Position numbers and translations under genes: made by a program
The notes under the pieces: generated by a model
Seen by the model: the letters and a program-made list of their open reading frames with translations, nothing else
The model's database searches: none
Told to the model about the DNA's origin: nothing
Part shown: positions 1 to 10,032 of the stretch, in pieces
Numbering within the stretch: the stretch's first letter is position 1
Layout: the number at the start of each line of letters is the position of its first letter
Source: an uncultured Candidatus Binatia bacterium
GTDB taxonomy: Bacteria > Desulfobacterota > Binatia > UBA9968 > JAJDTQ01
Assembly: GCA_965213675.1 (NCBI GenBank)
Contig: OZ243916.1
Coordinates: forward strand, 2,016,001 to 2,080,000
Reading direction: 5' to 3'
DNA: 64,000 nucleotides

Positions 1-789
1 CAGGGCGCGGCCGCGCCGCTCCCAGTTCTCGTCCAGCGCGTCCATCATGAACGGCACCCAGCCGGTGCCGCACTCCAGATAGGCCACCCGCAGGTTGGGG
101 AAGCGGTCGTACACGCCGGCGTTGATCATGCTCATGATCTGCACCATCTGCGGCATGGCGTGCTCCAGCGGGCGCGCCTCGGCCAGGCTCTCGAACATGT
201 CCAGGCCCAGGCCGGTGACCGGGCCGCCGTGCACCGCGAGGGGGCAGTTCAGCCGCTCGGCCTCGGCGTAGAGGGGGTCGAACTGACTGCCCCCCAGACC
301 CACCAGCGGCGCCATCACCGACGGGATCACGCCCGCCACCATACCCAAGTCCTCCACGCACCGGCGCAGCTCCGCCACCGCCGCGTCGATGTCCTGCACC
401 GGCAGCAGCGCCACCCCCTTGAGCCGGTCCGACTGGCGGCAGAAGCTGTCGTACAGCCAGTCATTGTAGGCCTGGGCCACGGCCACCGCCCAGCCTTTGT
501 TGCGGATCTGGCCGTGGAACAGCGCGTTGCTGGGATAGAGGATGGTCTGGTCGATCTGCGACTCGTCGAGGAAGCTCAACCAGTTGGCGGCGTCAGGCAC
601 CTCGGCCTTGTGGCGCGACGACATGCCGCGCATCCAGCCGTCGGTGAGCGGGAAAAAGTAGTACTCGCGGGTCCAGTCCTTCTCGTTCCAGGGCGCCGGC
701 AGGTAGCGGCGCAGGTCCTTGTCCTGGTCCACCACGTGGCCATCGGCGTCGATGATGTCGTGCTTCTGCTCCATCGGCAACTGTTCCAT
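1..789 (-). CDS. Amidohydrolase family 2 protein (3' end runs off the window)
   Basis: Not in the ORF track. Manual translation from ATG at 789 (GGAGG RBS upstream) gives MEQLPMEQKHDIIDADGHVV...YNDWL...LAVHGG...RFPNLRVAYLECGTGWVP, typical Amidohydro_2 motifs. Confidence 0.88.
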   Translation of the reverse strand, partial: MEQLPMEQKHDIIDADGHVVDQDKDLRRYLPAPWNEKDWTREYYFFPLTDGWMRGMSSRHKAEVPDAANWLSFLDESQIDQTILYPSNALFHGQIRNKGWAVAVAQAYNDWLYDSFCRQSDRLKGVALLPVQDIDAAVAELRRCVEDLGMVAGVIPSVMAPLVGLGGSQFDPLYAEAERLNCPLAVHGGPVTGLGLDMFESLAEARPLEHAMPQMVQIMSMINAGVYDRFPNLRVAYLECGTGWVPFMMDALDENWERRGRAL

Positions 790-923
790 GGGAAACCTCC
801 GTGAATGAGAACCGTCCTGGGAGCTTGCACCGCCGCCCGTCCAGGGGCGCTTGTGGACTTCCCGGATCCCGCTCCAAAAGCCCCGAACGGGTTCCGTTAT
901 GGGATCTGTTGGCGCCGCGCGCG

Positions 924-2393
924 TCAGCGGATCATCAGCCGGCCGGACTGGCCGGAATAGTTGATGAAGACGGTCTTCAACTCGGTAAAGAAGTTGACGC
1001 CCTCCTCGGACATCTCGCGCTCGCCCACGCCCGTGGACTTGATGCCGCCGAAGGGGAGCTGGGCCTCGCCCCCGACGGTGGGCTCGTTGACGTGCACCAT
1101 GCCGGTCTCCACCTCCTCCACGAAACGCATCACCTGGTCCACGTCCTGGGTGAAGATGGAGGTGGTGAGGCCGAAGTCCACGGAGTTGGCGAAGCGGATG
1201 GCTTCGTCCAGGTCCGCCGCCGCTGCCACCGAGAGCACCGGGCCGAATATCTCTTCGCGGAAGATGCGCATGTCCGGGGTGACGTCGTCGAACACCGTGG
1301 GTTCGACATAGTAGCCATGGTCCAGCCCCGCGGGCCTGTTGCCGCCGGTCACCAGCCGGGCGCCCTCCTGCTTGCCGATCTCGATGTACTCCAGATCGGT
1401 CTTCCACTGGCCTTCATCCACCGCGGGCCCCATGTCCACATCCGCGTCCAGGCCCGGGCCCACGCGGAGCTTCTTCGCGTGCTCCTCCAGCCGGGCCACC
1501 AACTCGGCCCGGGTGCCGCCAATGGCGATGACCCGGGAAGTGGCGGTGCAGCGCTGGCCGGTGGAGCCGAATGCGCCGTCGCGAATGGCCACGGCCGCCT
1601 TGTCGAGATCGCAGTCGGGCATGACAATGACGGCGTTCTTGCCGCCCATCTCGCAGGTGACCTTGGCGCCGCGGGAGGCGGCCTTGACATAGAGGTCGCT
1701 GCCGATCTCGTTGGAACCGGTGAACGACACCACCGGGATGCGTCCGGAATTGACGATGGTCTCGCCCACGTCGCCCCCGGAGCCCACCACCACGTTGAAG
1801 ACGCCCTTGGGAAGACCAGCCTCCTCGTACACCTCCGCGAGCAGGCCGGCGGTGGCCGGGGTCAGGGACGCCGGCTTGAGCAGCACCGCGTTGCCCGCCA
1901 CCAGCGCGGGGGCGGACTTCCACACCGGAATCGCCCAGGGAAAGTTCCACGGCGCGATGAGCCCCACCACGCCCATGGGCTGGCGGATGGTGTAGGTGAA
2001 GGTGTCGCGCGCCTCGGACGGCAGGGTCTTGCCGCCCAGCCGGTAGCCCGCCCCGGCGTTGTATTCCAGCAGCGAGATCCCCTTGAGCACCTCACCCCGG
2101 GCCTCCTTGAAGATCTTGCCTTCCTCGCGCGTCATCATTTCCGCGATTTCGTCCACGCGCCGGCGCGCGATGTCCGCGGCGCGCCAGATCACCCGGCCGC
2201 GCTCCGGCCCCGGCGTCTTGCGCCAGCCCTGGAACGCCTCCGCGGCCGCGTCGATGGCCCGCTCCGTGTCCGCGGCCGTGGCCATGGGGAACTCGGCGAT
2301 GACGTCGCGGGTGTCCGCCGGATTGACGTTGCGGATGCGCCGCTCGGAGTTGGGCTGGTACCATTCCCCGTTGATGTAAGAACCGGTTTGCAT
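924..2393 (-). CDS. Aldehyde dehydrogenase family protein
   Basis: 489 aa with PWNFP, FTGS, EMGGKN, GQRCTA, EEIFGPV and PFGG motifs. Confidence 0.95.
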   Translation of the reverse strand: MQTGSYINGEWYQPNSERRIRNVNPADTRDVIAEFPMATAADTERAIDAAAEAFQGWRKTPGPERGRVIWRAADIARRRVDEIAEMMTREEGKIFKEARGEVLKGISLLEYNAGAGYRLGGKTLPSEARDTFTYTIRQPMGVVGLIAPWNFPWAIPVWKSAPALVAGNAVLLKPASLTPATAGLLAEVYEEAGLPKGVFNVVVGSGGDVGETIVNSGRIPVVSFTGSNEIGSDLYVKAASRGAKVTCEMGGKNAVIVMPDCDLDKAAVAIRDGAFGSTGQRCTATSRVIAIGGTRAELVARLEEHAKKLRVGPGLDADVDMGPAVDEGQWKTDLEYIEIGKQEGARLVTGGNRPAGLDHGYYVEPTVFDDVTPDMRIFREEIFGPVLSVAAAADLDEAIRFANSVDFGLTTSIFTQDVDQVMRFVEEVETGMVHVNEPTVGGEAQLPFGGIKSTGVGEREMSEEGVNFFTELKTVFINYSGQSGRLMIR

Positions 2394-2677
2394 GCGCGTC
2401 TCCTTGGAGCGGTGTGGTGCGCCACTGACGGATTCGGGCGCGGGCGGGTTTGCGCCACCGTCGCCAGAAGCTTGCGCCGCAGGAACTCACGCAAACTTCT
2501 AGACCGCGTCGTCGGTGCTGCCGGCGGCGAGACCTGCACAGCGGTTCCGCGACGCGGGCTTCCCGCGTTGGGCGTGTGTCGGATTAAAAAAGACAACAGG
2601 TTCCGTGTCAAGCTGTGACGCAGGCTCCCGGTTGCTGCGTCCCATCGCGGCCCAAATATGCTATTGCTGGCCGAACG

Positions 2678-3193
2678 ATGACGAAGCCCATGAAACAAGT
2701 CACCATCTACACCGACGGCGCCTGCATCGGGAACCCCGGTCCGGGAGGCTATGGCACCGTGCTCCTGTGCGACACGACTACGCCTGAGCGCAAGGAGCTC
2801 AGCGGCGGATACCGCTGGACCACCAACAACCGCATGGAGATCATGGCCGTGCTGGCCGGGCTCCGGTCCCTCAAGGAACCGTGCCGGGTGACCCTCTACA
2901 GCGACTCCCGCTACGTAGTGGACGCCATGTCCAAGGGATGGGCCGCTGGCTGGCGCGCGAAGGGTTGGCGGAAGGCCGACAAGACCCCAGCCCTGAATCC
3001 CGACCTCTGGTCCGAGATGCTGGAGATTTCCGAACGGCACCAGATCGAGTACCGCTGGGTCAAGGGCCACGCCGGCAATCCGGAGAACGAGCGCTGCGAC
3101 GAACTCGCCGTGACCGCCGCGCGCGGAGCGGACCTGGCCCGCGACGAGATCTACGAGCGCGGCAACGGTCGAGGCCGGGGCCCGCAGCGGTAA
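2678..3193 (+). CDS. rnhA: Ribonuclease HI
   Basis: IYTDGAC.GNPGPGG, TTNNRME, DSRYV, WVKGHAG.PENERCD. Start is ATG 2678 or 2690. Confidence 0.95.
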   Translation: MTKPMKQVTIYTDGACIGNPGPGGYGTVLLCDTTTPERKELSGGYRWTTNNRMEIMAVLAGLRSLKEPCRVTLYSDSRYVVDAMSKGWAAGWRAKGWRKADKTPALNPDLWSEMLEISERHQIEYRWVKGHAGNPENERCDELAVTAARGADLARDEIYERGNGRGRGPQR

Positions 3194-3267
3194 CACGGGC
3201 GCCGCAACGGCTCTCTCCATCAACGCTCTCCCTATGAATAATCCCGCCTGATGTTAAATTGGAGTCC

Positions 3268-4320
3268 ATGAAAGTCGGACTCACCGGATTCTCAAGAGCG
3301 GGCAAGACGACCCTCTACAACGCCCTTACGGGACTCAGCACCGAGGTGGGCGGTTTCGAGACGCGCCACGAGGCGGCCATGACCGTGGTCAAGGTCCCGG
3401 ACCCGCGCGTGGACGCGCTGAGCGACATCGTCCATCCCAAGGACAAGAAGTACGCCGAGGTCACGTTCCTGGACTTCCCGCCGTCCCAGGAACGGAAGGC
3501 CGCCCTCGAAACCCAGTCCCTGGCGCAACTGCGCGAGGTGGACGCCCTGGCGCAGGTGGTGCGCGCCTTTGACGACCCCCTGGCCAGTGAGCCGCCGGCG
3601 CCGGTTCAGGACCTCAACGCCTTTCAGGTGGAGTTGATACTGGCTGACCTGGCCGTCATCGAGAAGCGGCTGGAGCGCATTCGCAAGGAAACCGGCAAGG
3701 ACCACCAGCGCGAACTGGAACTCCTGACCCGCTGCCAGGCCACCCTGGAGGGCGAACGCCCCCTACGCGGCCTGGAGTTCCTTCCCGAGGAACGGACCCT
3801 GATGTCCGGCTTCGCCTTCCTGAGCGCCAAGCCGCTGCTCGTGGTCTGCAACACCGGCGAAGAGGCGCTGGGGCAGGCCCTGCCCGCCGGCGTCGCGGAC
3901 TACGCCGAGGCTGAAAACCTCATCGTGGTGCCGGTGTGCGGCAAGCTGGAAATGGAGATCGCCCAGCTCGACCCGGACGAACGCGCCGAGTTCCTGTCGG
4001 AACTGGGACTATCCGAAACCGCCCGGGACCGCTTCATTCGCCACGCCTACGACCATCTCCACCTCATGAGCTTCTTTACCGCTGGTCCCATGGAGGTGCG
4101 CGCCTGGACCATCGCCCGCGACACTGCCGCGGTCCGCGCCGCCGGCAAGATCCACTCCGACATCGAGCGCGGCTTCATTCGCGCCGAGGTGATCGCCTAC
4201 GACGACTTCATGGAGCACCGCGGCGAATCCGGCTGCCGCGCCGCCGGCAAGCTGCGGCTGGAAGGCAAGGAGTACCGCGTGCAGGACGGCGACGTCATGC
4301 ACATCCGGTTCAACGTGTGA
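3268..4320 (+). CDS. ychF: YchF/OLA1-like ATPase (DUF933/TGS C-terminus) with divergent G motifs
   Basis: C-terminal FFTAG..EVRAWTI, AAGKIHSDIERGFIRAEV, GKLRLEGKEY.VQDGD; P-loop GFSRAGKTT. Confidence 0.8.
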   Translation: MKVGLTGFSRAGKTTLYNALTGLSTEVGGFETRHEAAMTVVKVPDPRVDALSDIVHPKDKKYAEVTFLDFPPSQERKAALETQSLAQLREVDALAQVVRAFDDPLASEPPAPVQDLNAFQVELILADLAVIEKRLERIRKETGKDHQRELELLTRCQATLEGERPLRGLEFLPEERTLMSGFAFLSAKPLLVVCNTGEEALGQALPAGVADYAEAENLIVVPVCGKLEMEIAQLDPDERAEFLSELGLSETARDRFIRHAYDHLHLMSFFTAGPMEVRAWTIARDTAAVRAAGKIHSDIERGFIRAEVIAYDDFMEHRGESGCRAAGKLRLEGKEYRVQDGDVMHIRFNV

Positions 4321-4350
4321 GACGAGAGACGCCGGTATGACGGAGCGGCC

Positions 4351-4509
4351 ATGGCCTATCTAGTGTGGTTCACCGCTCAGGACGGCATCAACCTCTACTA
4401 TCGCGACTACGGCGCCGACCACCCGCAGCCGGACTGGGCGAGCGCGGCGGAGGCCATCAAGACGCGGTGGCCCGCTACCGCACTTCAAACTGGGGCGATC
4501 GGTGCTTGA
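4351..4509 (+). pseudogene. Alpha/beta-hydrolase remnant
   Basis: 52-codon ORF beginning MAYLVWFTAQDGINLYYRDYG, resembling an alpha/beta-hydrolase N-terminus, then ending early. Confidence 0.5.
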
Positions 4510-4545
4510 CCTTGTCAAATTCAACAACTAGTCTACTACTAGTTG
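4506..4545 (+). promoter_or_regulatory. TA promoter with overlapping palindromic operator
   Basis: TTGACC(4506-4511)-17 bp-TAGTCT(4529-4534); perfect IR CAACTAGT-ctact-ACTAGTTG (4525-4545) just before the antitoxin start. Confidence 0.7.
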
Positions 4546-4557
4546 GAGATATAAGCC

Positions 4558-4800
4558 ATGGCTGAAATCGGTGCTTTCGAAGCGAAGACTCACCTGCCGC
4601 GGTTGCTGCGGCGCGTCCAGGAAGGCGAGCGCTTCATCATCACCAAGCACAACCGGCCCGTCGCCGAGTTGATCCCTTTTCAACCGCGGGATGCCGACAG
4701 AGTGCGTGCGGCGATCGCGGGACTGAAGGCGTTTCAACAAGCGCACAGTCTGGGCGGACTGTCGGTCCGCGAGATGATCGACGAAGGACGCAAGTACTGA
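4558..4800 (+). CDS. Phd/YefM family antitoxin
   Basis: 80 aa, IGAFEAKTHL..LL.RV..GE..IITKH.RPVA; overlaps the toxin start. Confidence 0.9.
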   Translation: MAEIGAFEAKTHLPRLLRRVQEGERFIITKHNRPVAELIPFQPRDADRVRAAIAGLKAFQQAHSLGGLSVREMIDEGRKY

Positions 4801-5216
4801 TGGCATTCGTTCTCGATTGCTCCGTCACCATGGCCTGGGTATTCCCGGACGAAGCAACGGAAGCCACCGACCGGCTGCGCGACTCGCTTGTGGATGGCAA
4901 GGCCTCGGTTCCCTCTCTCTGGCCGGTGGAGGTGGGAAACGTGCTACTGGTTGCCACTCGTCGCGGCCGTGTTCGTGTCGACGAGTGGCCGGAGATCCGG
5001 GCTTTTCTCGAAGCATTGCCAATTGAAATCGACCCGGTCGCCACGTCCCGGGTGTGGGGCGTGTCACTGGAACTGGCCGAGACACACCAACTCTCTGTCT
5101 ACGATGCCATGTACCTGGAACTGGCCGTACGGTTGCGACTTCCCCTGGCCACCCTGGATCGTGCGCTCCTGGTCGCCGCACGGGCCGTAGGCATCGAGGC
5201 ACTCTCGCCCTTGTGA
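4800..5216 (+). CDS. vapC: VapC/PIN-domain toxin
   Basis: FVLDCS...E...YDAMYLELA...LATLD PIN acidic residues; coupled to the antitoxin. Confidence 0.9.
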   Translation: MAFVLDCSVTMAWVFPDEATEATDRLRDSLVDGKASVPSLWPVEVGNVLLVATRRGRVRVDEWPEIRAFLEALPIEIDPVATSRVWGVSLELAETHQLSVYDAMYLELAVRLRLPLATLDRALLVAARAVGIEALSPL

Positions 5217-5232
5217 ACGAGGAGGTATTCGA

Positions 5233-5598
5233 ATGAAGAAGTTTTCCATCCTCCAACACCCCGCCTCGGGCCATGAGGTCGTCAAGGACGGCTGGAGCTG
5301 GCCGGCGTTCTTTTTCACCTGGCTCTGGGCGTTCGTAAAGAAACTATGGCTGATCGGCGTGACCGTCTTCCTGTTCGGGATTCTTGCGAGTTCGATCCCC
5401 GAGGCTTGGCTGCTCGGCGAGTTGATCATTTCCCTTGTCATGGGCGCCAAAGGCAACGAATTACGGCGCAAGCGGCTGCGAGAGTCAGGGTACGAACAAG
5501 TGGCGACCGTGGAGGCGAGGACGCCCGACGGTGCGCTGGCGGTGCATCTCGCTTCGAACGGCAATGAGAACCCGCCGCCGGAAGGCATTGTGAGGTAG
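5233..5598 (+). CDS. DUF2628-like small membrane protein
   Basis: VKDGWSWPAFFFTWLWA..K.LW motif, two hydrophobic segments, GNELRR..L...GY. Confidence 0.7.
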   Translation: MKKFSILQHPASGHEVVKDGWSWPAFFFTWLWAFVKKLWLIGVTVFLFGILASSIPEAWLLGELIISLVMGAKGNELRRKRLRESGYEQVATVEARTPDGALAVHLASNGNENPPPEGIVR

Positions 5599-5603
5599 GC
5601 CCC

Positions 5604-6908
5604 TCACCGGATCATCGTATTCGGCAGGAACAGCGCGATCTCCGGAAACGCCACCAGGATGGCGAGGCAGGCGGCCATGGCGAGCCAGAACGGGAAAATG
5701 CCGGCGAATATCCGGCTCATGGGAACGTCCTCGGCGATGCCCTTGACCACGAAGACGTTGACGCCCACCGGCGGGCTGATGAGACCCATCTCCAGCACGA
5801 TGACCATGATCACGCCGAACCAGATGGGGTCGTAACCCAGGGTAAGGATGATGGGATGTACGATGGGGAGGGTCAGCACCAGCATGGCGAAGCCCTCCAG
5901 GAACATTCCGAGAACGATGTAGGATGCCAGCAGGATGCCCAGCACGGCCAACCGGGGAAGCTCCATGCCCACCAGGAGTTCCGCGAGATCCGAGGGGATG
6001 TGGGTCAGCGCCAGAAAGGGGTTGAAGATGTGCGCGCCCACCAGGATCAGGAAAACCAGGGCGGTGGTGCGTACGCCCTCCAAGGCCAGGGCAACCAACG
6101 AACGCACCGTCAGGCGGCGGCGCGCCAGCGCCAGCAACGCCGCCAGGAAGGCGCCCACGCCAGCGGCCTCGGTGGGGGTGAACAGGCCGGCGTAGATGCC
6201 GCCGATGGTGACCGCTATCACGCCGATCATGGCGCTGGCCTGGCGCAAGGCGCGGACGCGGTCCATGAAGGTGGAGGCCGGGCCCGGCGGCCCCAGGTCC
6301 GGGTTGATGCGCGTCTGGATAAAGATCGACAGGATGAACAGGGCGGTCAGCAGCAACCCCGGAAAGACCCCGGCCAGGAACAGACGGCCGATGGACTCTT
6401 CGGTGAGGATGGCGTAGATCACGAAGCCGGTGCTGGGCGGGATGAGGATGCCCAGGGTACCGCCGGCGGCAATGGCGCCCGTGGAAAGGCGCGCGTCGTA
6501 GCGGTAGGAGCGCATCTCGGGCAGCGCCACCTTCCCCATGGTCACGGCCGCCGCCACCGACGAGCCGGAGAGCGCGGCGAACCCCGCGCAGGCTGCGATG
6601 GTGGCGGACGCCAGCCCGCCGCGCCAATGCCCGAACCAGGTGTAGGCCGCGGCGTAGAGATCACGGCTCATGCCCGAGACCGTGACGAAGTTCCCCATGA
6701 GGACGAACAGCGGGATGACGATGAGCTCGTAGTTGGTGGCGATGACGAAGGGCTCGTTGCCCAGGACGGCCAAGGCGGGCCCCCAGCCGTTCAGGACGCC
6801 GAAACCCAGCACCCCCACGAGCATCATGGCGATGCCCACTGGCATCCTGAACACCAGGAGCACGAACAACCCCGCCAAACCCAGAAGACCCGTGGCGGTG
6901 GGACTCAT
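5604..6908 (-). CDS. dctM: TRAP transporter large permease
   Basis: 434 aa polytopic; IPLFVLMG, GGTLGILIPPS, FTPTEAA, ISPPVG. Confidence 0.93.
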   Translation of the reverse strand: MSPTATGLLGLAGLFVLLVFRMPVGIAMMLVGVLGFGVLNGWGPALAVLGNEPFVIATNYELIVIPLFVLMGNFVTVSGMSRDLYAAAYTWFGHWRGGLASATIAACAGFAALSGSSVAAAVTMGKVALPEMRSYRYDARLSTGAIAAGGTLGILIPPSTGFVIYAILTEESIGRLFLAGVFPGLLLTALFILSIFIQTRINPDLGPPGPASTFMDRVRALRQASAMIGVIAVTIGGIYAGLFTPTEAAGVGAFLAALLALARRRLTVRSLVALALEGVRTTALVFLILVGAHIFNPFLALTHIPSDLAELLVGMELPRLAVLGILLASYIVLGMFLEGFAMLVLTLPIVHPIILTLGYDPIWFGVIMVIVLEMGLISPPVGVNVFVVKGIAEDVPMSRIFAGIFPFWLAMAACLAILVAFPEIALFLPNTMIR

Positions 6909-7432
6909 TCAACCTTCTCTTGGGGAGTTTGCGGAACCCGCAGGATGCCGGAGCACGCCTGGAGCAGCAACACCAAGGCAAACAACAGCCAGCCCAGGCT
7001 CATCAGGAACATGAATGGATGGTGCGGGATCTCCACGAGGTTGGTGGCTTCGCCGTACTTGAGGGCGTCCAAGCCCTGATCCATGGACTGCCAGGCGACG
7101 ACGGCGAACAACGCCGCGCTCAGGAGCCGCATGAGGGTGTCGGTGTAGCGCAGCCAACTCTCCGGCGCCACCGTGCTGATCAGGTCCACGGCTACGTGGC
7201 CGCCGGTCCGGCCGCAGTAGGGTATCCCCAGAAACACCACCACGGCCAGACTCAACTCGGAGATGTCCTGCGCGCCCAGGATGGGCGCGTTGAAGACATA
7301 ACGCATCACCACCGCCACCACCGTCAGCAGCATCAGCCACAGCAATGCCGCACCGGCGGCGTAGGCCAGGAACCGGCTGCTCCAATCGGCCACCGCGGTC
7401 CCCGGCAACACCGCGCGCGATTCTTCACTCAT
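6905..7432 (-). CDS. dctQ: TRAP transporter small permease
   Basis: 4 TM, VVMRY, GGHVAVD; overlaps dctM. Confidence 0.9.
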   Translation of the reverse strand: MSEESRAVLPGTAVADWSSRFLAYAAGAALLWLMLLTVVAVVMRYVFNAPILGAQDISELSLAVVVFLGIPYCGRTGGHVAVDLISTVAPESWLRYTDTLMRLLSAALFAVVAWQSMDQGLDALKYGEATNLVEIPHHPFMFLMSLGWLLFALVLLLQACSGILRVPQTPQEKVE

Positions 7433-7459
7433 GGGTTATACGAGACCGGGCCGCCCGAC

Positions 7460-8470
7460 CTACTCGCCCATGGCCGCGAGGATCTTCCTGGCGTTGATAC
7501 CCTTGGCCCTGAGATCCTTGAGGGTCTTGGCGCGCACCCCGGTCAGCGCCTGGCGGAAACGCTTGTCTTCCGCGTCCGAGAGCGTGATCACTTCGCCCCG
7601 GCCGCTCTTCTGCTCGCCCATCAGCGCGGCGGCGCCGGCCTTCCGGTAGACGTCGGCGGCCTTGACGCTCAGCGCCTCGCCCGAGGTCTCGTCGACGATC
7701 TTGCGGTGCTCCGCCGAGAGACCTTCGTAGGCCTGTTTGTTCATCACCAGAAAGAACGCGGTGTTGGCGAACGGCCCACGGGTGTAGTACTTGGCCACCT
7801 CGCCGATCTTGAAGCTGCGGATGACGCTCGGCGCCACCATGAGACCGTCCACCACGCCGGTCTTGAGGGCGTTGTACATGCGCGTCACCGGCATGGCCAC
7901 GGGTGTGGCGCCCAGAGCCTTGATGATGTCGCCCTGAAGCTTCGAGGGCGTGCGGATCTTCATGCCCTTGACGTCGTCCAGGGTCCGCACCGCCTTGTTG
8001 CGGGTCATGATGACCGCCTTGTCATTGGCCCATAGAGCCAGGACCTTGGTCCGCGTGTACTCCCGCTGGATGGTATCGCTGGCCTTCCACAGCATCCTGG
8101 TCGCCGCCACCGCATCCGGGGCGAGGCCCGGCAACTCCATCAGCAGTGTCCTCGGGAAAAGCGACGATGTATATCCATGGAGGCCGAAGGTGATGTCCGC
8201 GATGCCGTCCGCGGCGCGCTTGTACTGGGCCTGCGGCCCCTTGCCCAGTTCACCGCCGGGATAGATGCGCACCGTCAGCGCATTGTTGCTGCGCTTGGCC
8301 ACATCCGCGGCCCACGGGCGCATCACCAGCCGGTCCATCGGGTGCTTGGCAGAAGTGAAATGAGCGAGCCTGAGCTCCACCGCATGTACCGATGACGCTG
8401 CCAGGAGCAGGCCGCACACCGCCGACGCGACCGCCAGCCGCTTGAAACAGGCTGCGAGCAATAGAGACAT
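7460..8470 (-). CDS. dctP: TRAP transporter solute-binding protein
   Basis: Signal peptide, IYPGGELG, GMKIRT, ALGATPV, ALKTGVVDG; ATG 8470 with AAGGAG RBS. Confidence 0.92.
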   Translation of the reverse strand: MSLLLAACFKRLAVASAVCGLLLAASSVHAVELRLAHFTSAKHPMDRLVMRPWAADVAKRSNNALTVRIYPGGELGKGPQAQYKRAADGIADITFGLHGYTSSLFPRTLLMELPGLAPDAVAATRMLWKASDTIQREYTRTKVLALWANDKAVIMTRNKAVRTLDDVKGMKIRTPSKLQGDIIKALGATPVAMPVTRMYNALKTGVVDGLMVAPSVIRSFKIGEVAKYYTRGPFANTAFFLVMNKQAYEGLSAEHRKIVDETSGEALSVKAADVYRKAGAAALMGEQKSGRGEVITLSDAEDKRFRQALTGVRAKTLKDLRAKGINARKILAAMGE

Positions 8471-8565
8471 GGTCCATTCTCCTTTCAGAATATGCACGGG
8501 TCACAAGAGGACCGCAGACTAGCGGAACAGGGGAAGGAGTGTCAAACTCCGTCCGCGGAAGTCTC

Positions 8566-10002
8566 ATGCAAATTGGTATCATCGATTCGCTGGCTGTGTA
8601 CTGGGAGCGGCGCATGGCGCGCATCTTCCTGCTGGGCATCATCAGCGGGTTCCCTTGGGTGCTCATCGGCAGCAGCCTCACCCTGTGGCTCAAAGAAGAC
8701 GGCCTGAGCCGCACCACCATCGGTTTCGCCGGGCTCATCTTCGGAGTCTACGCCGTCAACTTTCTCTGGGCGCCTCTCATCGACCGCATCCGCATCCCCT
8801 GGCTCACCGGCAAGCTCGGCCACCGGCGCGCCTGGATCCTGACGTTGCAGGCCGTCATCGCGGCATCTCTCGTGCTCTGGAGCTTCGCCGACCCCAGCGC
8901 CAACCTGGCTTGGGTTGTGGGCTTGGGCCTCGCCATCGCCATCGCCTCCGCCACCCAGGACATCGCCGTGGACGCGCTGCGCATCGAGCAGGTGGGCACG
9001 TCGGAAGGCGAAACCATGGCCGCGGGCGCCGCCGTCGCGGTGGTGGGCTGGTGGACCGGCTACAAGCTCGGCGGCATCATCGCGCTGGAAAGCGCCACCC
9101 GGTTCCAGAACGCGGGGGTGGAGGACTACTGGCAGGCTACCTTCCTGGTGCTGGGCGCGGTGGTCGTCCTCACCAACATCGGCCTGCTGTTCGTGCACGA
9201 ACAAGGCACGGCGGAGCGCATCGCGTCCCAGACCGCGGACGACAACCGCATCGCATCCACTCTCGGGGCGTCCGGCCCGTTGGGCCGCGCCGCGGCGTGG
9301 CTTGGCGGCACCGTGGTGAGCCCGCTCACGAGCTTCTTCCGGCGCAACGGCTTTGCCATCGCCCTCACCGTCCTCGGCTTCATCTTCCTGTTCAAGATCG
9401 GCGAGGCTTTCATGGGGCGCATGTCGATCCTCTTCTACCGGGAGATCGGCTTCTCCAAGTCCGAGATTGCGCTGTATTCCAAGGGGCTCGGGTGGGTCAC
9501 CACGGTGGGCTTCACCGTGCTGGGCGGGTTCTTCGCCATCCGCATGGGCCTCATCAAGGCCATGTTCCTGTCCGGCATCGCCATGGCCGCCACCAACCTT
9601 CTCTTCGCCCTGCTGTTCTGGGTGGGGAAGTCCGAGGCCCTGTTCGCCGCCGCCGTGGTGGTGGACGACCTCACCAGCGCCTTCGCCACCGTCACCTTCG
9701 TGGCCTTCATCTCCATGCTGGTGGACCGCACCTACACCGCCACCCAGTACGCCCTGATGGCCTCCATCGGAACCGCCGGCCGGACCATCCTGGCCGGCTC
9801 CTCCGGCGCCTTGGTGGACTGGCTGGAAGGCGACTGGGCCACCTTCTTCATCATCACCACGCTGATGGTGATCCCGTCCCTGATCTGCCTGTGGGCCATC
9901 CGCGGCAAGCTCCGGGAAATGCTGGCGGGAGCGCAGATGAGGCTATCGGGACGGCACGTGGAGCAGCATGAGGAGAAGTACGGACCGGGAGCGCTGAAGT
10001 AG
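8566..10002 (+). CDS. ampG: AmpG-family MFS muropeptide transporter
   Basis: LGIISGFP, FLWAPLID, SATQDIAVDALRIE, TATQYAL. Confidence 0.88.
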   Translation: MQIGIIDSLAVYWERRMARIFLLGIISGFPWVLIGSSLTLWLKEDGLSRTTIGFAGLIFGVYAVNFLWAPLIDRIRIPWLTGKLGHRRAWILTLQAVIAASLVLWSFADPSANLAWVVGLGLAIAIASATQDIAVDALRIEQVGTSEGETMAAGAAVAVVGWWTGYKLGGIIALESATRFQNAGVEDYWQATFLVLGAVVVLTNIGLLFVHEQGTAERIASQTADDNRIASTLGASGPLGRAAAWLGGTVVSPLTSFFRRNGFAIALTVLGFIFLFKIGEAFMGRMSILFYREIGFSKSEIALYSKGLGWVTTVGFTVLGGFFAIRMGLIKAMFLSGIAMAATNLLFALLFWVGKSEALFAAAVVVDDLTSAFATVTFVAFISMLVDRTYTATQYALMASIGTAGRTILAGSSGALVDWLEGDWATFFIITTLMVIPSLICLWAIRGKLREMLAGAQMRLSGRHVEQHEEKYGPGALK

Positions 10003-10032
10003 AATGGCGCCCCGGCGCCGGACGGATGGGGG

